Source of the DNA: Halobacteriota archaeon
Lineage (GTDB): Archaea > Halobacteriota > UBA148
Assembly (NCBI GenBank): GCA_042577985.1
Contig: JBHPDI010000002.1
Location: forward strand, 1-51,001
DNA: 51,001 nt
Reading direction: 5' to 3'
This document shows positions 46,545 to 51,001 of this stretch, piece by piece. Numbering within the stretch: position 1 is the stretch's first letter; every line of letters begins with the position of its first letter. Under the pieces are notes generated by a model. That model searched no databases. It was not told the origin of the DNA and saw only the letters and a list, made by a program, of their open reading frames with translations. A program made the position numbers and the translations under genes.

Positions 46545-47174
46545 ATGAACGTTGAACAATATAAAGGTACTACCACGGTTGGACTAGTTTGTGATGATGG
46601 CGTTGTTTTAGCGACAGAGAGACGAGCAACGATGGGTAATCTTATCGCAAGCAAGGACGCCAAAAAAATATATCAAATCGATGATAAGGTGGGTATGACC
46701 ACCGCAGGCATGGTAGGAGATGCACAAACCCTTGTGAGGTCCATTGCAGTGGAGTCAAAACTCTATAAAATACGGAGACAAGAGCCCATGACCATTAGTG
46801 CTACCGTAACGCTGTTATCCAATATCTTGAGTGGTAATAGATATTTTCCATACTACGTTCAACTAATCATAGGTGGGGTGGATAAAAAAGGTCCTGGCCT
46901 ATATTCATTGGATGCATTTGGGGGGCAGCTAACAGAAAAAAGGGCTGTTGCAACAGGCTCCGGTTCACCAATTGCATACGGTGTTTTAGAGGATAGATAT
47001 ACGGATAATATACCAATAGATGAAGGTGTTACCCTTGCTATACGTGCATTACATACGGCTATGAAGCGAGATTCCGCTTCTGGAGATGGTATCGATGTGG
47101 TGAAGATAACGTCGAAGGGTTATGAAACCGTGGATGAAGCAGAAATCTCCAGCAGAATAAAAGAACTAACATAA
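46545..47174 (+). CDS. psmB: proteasome subunit beta (with short propeptide)
   Basis: Propeptide MNVEQYKG followed by catalytic [23 protein letters not shown]. 209 aa with an AGGTGA RBS. Confidence 0.92.
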   Translation: MNVEQYKGTTTVGLVCDDGVVLATERRATMGNLIASKDAKKIYQIDDKVGMTTAGMVGDAQTLVRSIAVESKLYKIRRQEPMTISATVTLLSNILSGNRYFPYYVQLIIGGVDKKGPGLYSLDAFGGQLTEKRAVATGSGSPIAYGVLEDRYTDNIPIDEGVTLAIRALHTAMKRDSASGDGIDVVKITSKGYETVDEAEISSRIKELT

Positions 47175-47198
47175 CCTGTTCTTTTAAAGGAAAACTAA

Positions 47199-49103
47199 AT
47201 GTCGATAGAAGAAGTTCTAAATGAGTTTAGAGTTAGAGTCCAAGAGGCGCTTCCTAAGGGTATAACTATATCTAACATGGAATTTGAGGGACCAGAACTC
47301 GTTCTATATACAAAAGAGCCTCGAAAATTTGCAGATAACGGAGATATCCTTCGGGCGCTAGCAAAAGATCTACGCAAGCGAGTTGTCGTAAGACCAGATC
47401 CCGGCGTGTTAGCCTCAGAAGAAGATGCGATTAAAAAAATTAAGGAGATTGTCCCCCCAGAAGCAGGGATTATCAATCAATATTTTGATATAAGCGTGGG
47501 TGAGGTAATCATCGAGGCAGAAAAACTAGGTTTAGTTATTGGTAGACACGGAGCTATGCTTCGGGAAATCACCAAAAACATTGGTTGGACTCCCAAGGTA
47601 GTTAGGGCGCCACCAATTGAGTCATCCATCATCAAAAACATTCGCCAGTACCTACGTTCTGAAAGGGATGCTAGAAAGGCCTTCCTAAGGCAAATTGGTA
47701 AGAAAATTCATCGAGAAGTAACGTCTAAAGATTCATGGGTACGTGTTACATCCCTGGGTGGCTGTAGGGAGGTCGGCAGAAGTTCGTTTATATTGTCCAC
47801 ACCAGAGACAAGAGTGCTGATCGATTGTGGCATCAATGTTGGATCTGAGAATAATGGCACTCCTTATCTGTACGTGCCAGAGGCATTCCCAATAGATCAA
47901 ATCGATGCCGTTGTGATAACGCATGCTCATCTGGATCATGCTGGCTTGGTTCCTTTACTTTTCAAATATGGTTACGAAGGTCCTGTTTATGTGACGGCCC
48001 CCACCAGAGACCTAATGGCATTGTTACAATTGGATTACATCGAAGTTTCTGCTAGGGAAGGAAAGAAAACGCCTTATGAGTCATCGATGGTCCGAGAAGC
48101 ACTGAAACGTACGATAACATTGAACTATGGGGATGTCACAGATATAGCACCGGATGTAAGGTTGACTTTTCACAATGCTGGCCATATACTTGGTTCATCG
48201 ATAATACACTTCCACATTGGCGAAGGCCTTTACAATATTGCCTTTACAGGCGACTTCAAGTATGAGCCAACCAGGCTCTTCGATCCTGCTGTGAACGAAT
48301 TCCCTAGGTTGGAAACGCTGGTAATGGAGGCTACTTATGGTGGATCTAAAGACAATCAACCCTATCGAAGAGAAGCAGAAAGAGAGATACATTCCATAAT
48401 AAAACGAACTATTGCTAGGAAAGGCAAAGTGGTAATACCAGCTTTCGCTGTGGGTAGGAGCCAAGAAGTGATGATCGTGCTAGAGGAGGCGATCAGAACT
48501 GGCCTCATTGATGAAGTTCCCGTTTATTTAGATGGCATGATCTGGGAGGCGACAGCTATTCACACGACATATCCTGAGTACTTAAATAACGATCTACAGG
48601 AATTAATATTTCATAGGGGGCTGAACCCCTTCTTATCAGAATGCTTTACTCAAGTTGAATCTGCGAAGCGCCAAGAGATCATTGATGGAGGGCCTTCTGT
48701 AATACTTGCCACATCAGGCATGCTAAATGGAGGACCGGTGATGGAATACCTTAGGGCATTGGGTCCTGATAAAATAAATACACTAATATTCGTAGGCTAT
48801 CAAGCAGAAGGTACACTGGGAAGAAGGATCCAGAAGGGATGGGACGAAGTTCCATTTTCGATAGAAGGGCGAACGGAAACAATTAAGATCAATTTAGATG
48901 TGGAGACTGTGGACGGATTTTCAGGTCATTCTGATCGAAGGCAGCTAATGGAATATGTCAGAAGGATGGGTCCACGTCCCGAAAGAATACTGACTAACCA
49001 TGGTGACGAGAATAATTGCATAGACTTGGCAAGCGCGATACATAAAAAATATGGGATAGAAACAAGAGCACCATTGAATTTAGAAACAATGAGGTTCGTC
49101 TAA
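47199..49103 (+). CDS. aCPSF1/FttA: KH-KH + metallo-beta-lactamase + beta-CASP ribonuclease (transcription termination factor)
   Basis: 634 aa with N-terminal KH motifs ([14 protein letters not shown]), the [11 protein letters not shown] motif, a beta-CASP region and the C-terminal VDGFSGHSD...HGE motif. Confidence 0.9.
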   Translation: MSIEEVLNEFRVRVQEALPKGITISNMEFEGPELVLYTKEPRKFADNGDILRALAKDLRKRVVVRPDPGVLASEEDAIKKIKEIVPPEAGIINQYFDISVGEVIIEAEKLGLVIGRHGAMLREITKNIGWTPKVVRAPPIESSIIKNIRQYLRSERDARKAFLRQIGKKIHREVTSKDSWVRVTSLGGCREVGRSSFILSTPETRVLIDCGINVGSENNGTPYLYVPEAFPIDQIDAVVITHAHLDHAGLVPLLFKYGYEGPVYVTAPTRDLMALLQLDYIEVSAREGKKTPYESSMVREALKRTITLNYGDVTDIAPDVRLTFHNAGHILGSSIIHFHIGEGLYNIAFTGDFKYEPTRLFDPAVNEFPRLETLVMEATYGGSKDNQPYRREAEREIHSIIKRTIARKGKVVIPAFAVGRSQEVMIVLEEAIRTGLIDEVPVYLDGMIWEATAIHTTYPEYLNNDLQELIFHRGLNPFLSECFTQVESAKRQEIIDGGPSVILATSGMLNGGPVMEYLRALGPDKINTLIFVGYQAEGTLGRRIQKGWDEVPFSIEGRTETIKINLDVETVDGFSGHSDRRQLMEYVRRMGPRPERILTNHGDENNCIDLASAIHKKYGIETRAPLNLETMRFV

Positions 49104-49444
49104 TCGGTAATAACTTGTGCGCAATTTTTAGAGTGCATAAGGACGATCAAGGATCCTAACCTATTACAAGGCTCAAAAGGCAGTTCTCTTTTTTTCGTGT
49201 CGTGAGACGATATATTTTCTGCTCATACCTATTTCTATCATAAACGAAAACTGGCATAGGAAGATGAGATTAATTTAAAGGATTTTCCACTTTAAAATAC
49301 AAGAGCTGCCGCTAGCTATAGTTGGACTGTATTTTGTCTTGAGGATTTGGTATGGTATAATCCTTATCGATTCAATGAACTCTTTTAGTTGTCTATACTC
49401 ACATTTTTCTATTATCCTGAGGTTTAAACCAGTTCATGGCTTCG

Positions 49445-50971
49445 TCACAGTCTCGTGCCAATATTGACTGCCCCGGATGTTGGATCCTTCAAAGGCAAAT
49501 CATTAGTGGTGATTTCCTGCCCCTGTTCAGACGTTTCATCCATTTTAGGGCGGATTACCTGATAGTCCTCATGGCCCTGGCGGATACATTTCACTTCCCA
49601 GTCAAATTCATAATTGCCTGTACCGTCGAGCAGTTCCTGGACCACTACACCATCCAGGCTTTTGCTTGTGACAGCCAAGCCTTTGGAATCGGCTGAGAGT
49701 GGGGTAACCTGAACTGTCATGCCCTCCTCAACTGCCACAGCCAGGAAGTAATCAGGGAAAGTTATGACTGCACGGCCATCTACCAATTGCGCTGTGCACC
49801 GAATGTATGCTGCCGCTTCTGGACCTTCTACACTGGTATACCAGATCTCTGTATTCGGATCGTTTGGGTTATCTACACGGAAACTTTTGGTATCGCCCCA
49901 AACTCTACCTTTACCATCTGAAGTCACATACATGCCAGCCTGGGTATTTCCATTTGCATCCTGGACAGAAACATATCCATTGTTCGGATAACCATTAAGA
50001 TATGTCAATCGGCAGTTTCTATTGCCATTGGGGCCATCTGTATTGACTATGCCTACATCATCATAATAATACGAATACATTTCAACCCGGTCGCCAACGG
50101 TGAGGTCGTAGCCAACGGTGAGGTCGTAGCCAACGGTGAGGTGGCCGTCTATATCGGTTCTAGAAGAATGTATAAGCAGGTGGTCGTCTTTATCCTCTTC
50201 GATGTAAACATAGTCACCATCGCCGAAATTGAGTCTTGCTCCATGACCGTACGAATCTGGACCTATAAGACGCAAATTGTCTTCATCTGTTGACCGGATA
50301 GTAAGCTTATGCGTGGGGCCTGTCGTCCCGATGCCGACTTCGCCTGATGTCTTCGCGAGATTAACCCCATTTGCCATTGCAACTTCAAGATCTGCGCGAG
50401 AGTCGTAGTCCAATGCATCGATTGCAGCGAGATTATTAATATTGGTCTGCAACGTGTTATCTGCAGCTGTCCTGGCATTCTCTTCAGCATCGATGTTGGT
50501 CTGCAATGTATCATCAGTGGCTATCCTTGCAGCTTCTTCAGCATCAACATCAGCTATCCTTGCAGCTTCCTCTGCATTGATGTTTGTCTGCAGCTGGCTA
50601 TCTGCAGCTATCCTTGCAGTCTCTTCAGTATCGAGAGCAGTTTGCAGTGCATTATCAGCGGCTATCCTTGCAGTCTCTTCAGCATCGATGACAGCTTGTA
50701 GTACTGCATCGCCAGAAATTCGTGCAGCGATTTCGGCATCCAATTGTGCTTGAATATTGCTAACATTTCCCAGTTGAACGTCTATCTGCTCCCGTATATC
50801 TTCCAACTCTTCCCATATCTCTAGGAATGGTTGACCATTGGGAGTATCTCCCCATATTTCTAGGAATGATTGACCATCGGGGGTAGCTCCTGCTACAGCC
50901 GAGGTGGGGACCACGGCAATTAGCACCAGAACCATTCCGTACACTAACCATTTTTGTCTCAATTTTCCCAT
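49445..50971 (-). CDS. secreted repeat protein with coiled-coil 18-aa repeats and tail-fibre-like C-terminal domain
   Basis: Signal peptide MGKLRQKWLVYGMVLVLIAVVPTSAVAGA. At least four 18-aa repeats follow (LQTNIDAEExARIAADNx), then GEVGIGTTGPTHKL and EGPEAAAYIRCTAQLVDGRAVITFPDYF motifs. Strong GGAGGT RBS. Confidence 0.65.
   Translation of the reverse strand: MGKLRQKWLVYGMVLVLIAVVPTSAVAGATPDGQSFLEIWGDTPNGQPFLEIWEELEDIREQIDVQLGNVSNIQAQLDAEIAARISGDAVLQAVIDAEETARIAADNALQTALDTEETARIAADSQLQTNINAEEAARIADVDAEEAARIATDDTLQTNIDAEENARTAADNTLQTNINNLAAIDALDYDSRADLEVAMANGVNLAKTSGEVGIGTTGPTHKLTIRSTDEDNLRLIGPDSYGHGARLNFGDGDYVYIEEDKDDHLLIHSSRTDIDGHLTVGYDLTVGYDLTVGDRVEMYSYYYDDVGIVNTDGPNGNRNCRLTYLNGYPNNGYVSVQDANGNTQAGMYVTSDGKGRVWGDTKSFRVDNPNDPNTEIWYTSVEGPEAAAYIRCTAQLVDGRAVITFPDYFLAVAVEEGMTVQVTPLSADSKGLAVTSKSLDGVVVQELLDGTGNYEFDWEVKCIRQGHEDYQVIRPKMDETSEQGQEITTNDLPLKDPTSGAVNIGTRL
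50093..50146 (-). repeat. 18-nt perfect tandem repeat (about 3 copies) encoding (TVGYDL)n
   Basis: GCCAACGGTGAGGTCGTA at 50093-50110 and 50111-50128, with a third diverged copy at 50129-50146. Confidence 0.85.
50432..50752 (-). repeat. 54-nt (18-aa) tandem coding repeats inside the secreted protein gene
   Basis: Protein units LQAVIDAEETARIAADNA / LQTALDTEETARIAADSQ / LQTNINAEEAARIA(+11 aa) / LQTNIDAEENARTAADNT. The DNA shows recurring TATCCTTGCAGC..TCTTCAGCATC blocks. Confidence 0.8.
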
Positions 50972-51001
50972 TTTCTTTTACCTCCCTTTTATCTACATTT
51001 T

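Noticed and set aside
46183-46663. Two intergenic ORFs (61 aa plus strand, 87 aa minus strand) upstream of psmB, and a 13-nt tandem duplicate AAAGGAAAGGCGC at 46209-46234
   Set aside because: The ORFs have no RBS and no motifs, and their composition is AT-driven. The duplicate is a single short repeat with no second occurrence in the window. This is most likely promoter or spacer DNA.

Overview
Archaeal chromosomal core segment, roughly 40% GC by eye, with Shine-Dalgarno-type RBSs and a euryarchaeal, Methanosarcinales/ANME-like gene order. All product calls come from motifs read by eye in the supplied translations. No database search was possible. From 0-38 kb nearly everything is on the minus strand. 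In coordinate order this covers rps6e(partial)-infB, ndk-rpl24e-rps28e-rpl7ae and gltX. Next comes a tightly packed isoprenoid operon (TIM-barrel protein, mvk, ipk, fni, RNase J, idsA), then a CaCA exchanger and a CNNM/CBS protein on the plus strand. After that are Memo-rps2-eno-rpoK-tRNA-Pro-rpoN-rps9-rpl13-rpl18e-tRNA-Leu-rpoD-rps11-rps4-rps13-tRNA-Ser and cbf5-cmk-DUF106-secY. The complete large ribosomal-protein operon (rpl15 back to rpl3) plus a SPOUT methyltransferase gene closes this block. From 38-51 kb the content is more accessory: rtcB, an MgtC-like gene, a SAM methyltransferase, a PAS protein, a CPBP protease, a Tat lipoprotein with a zinc ribbon, an orphan GT-A-like protein, archease plus a 40-aa zinc ribbon, a Mut7-C RNase, psmB, aCPSF1 and a secreted tail-fibre-like repeat protein. 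Several ORF-track starts were trimmed to internal ATGs where the upstream gene stop or a tRNA makes the long form implausible. Four observations stand out. (1) Two inverted, identically phased triple arrays of the 13-mer TTGCACATAAAGT bracket the convergent rtcB/mgtC-like pair. (2) A truncated, divergent RtcB-like paralog (5351-6541) keeps the RtcB Cys/His motif series. (3) A tRNA-Leu(GAG) carries an ~86-nt intron in the D-loop rather than the anticodon loop. (4) tRNAs are wedged with 0-2 nt gaps between protein genes in the rpo/r-protein operon. No CRISPR array, transposase or integrase was seen.
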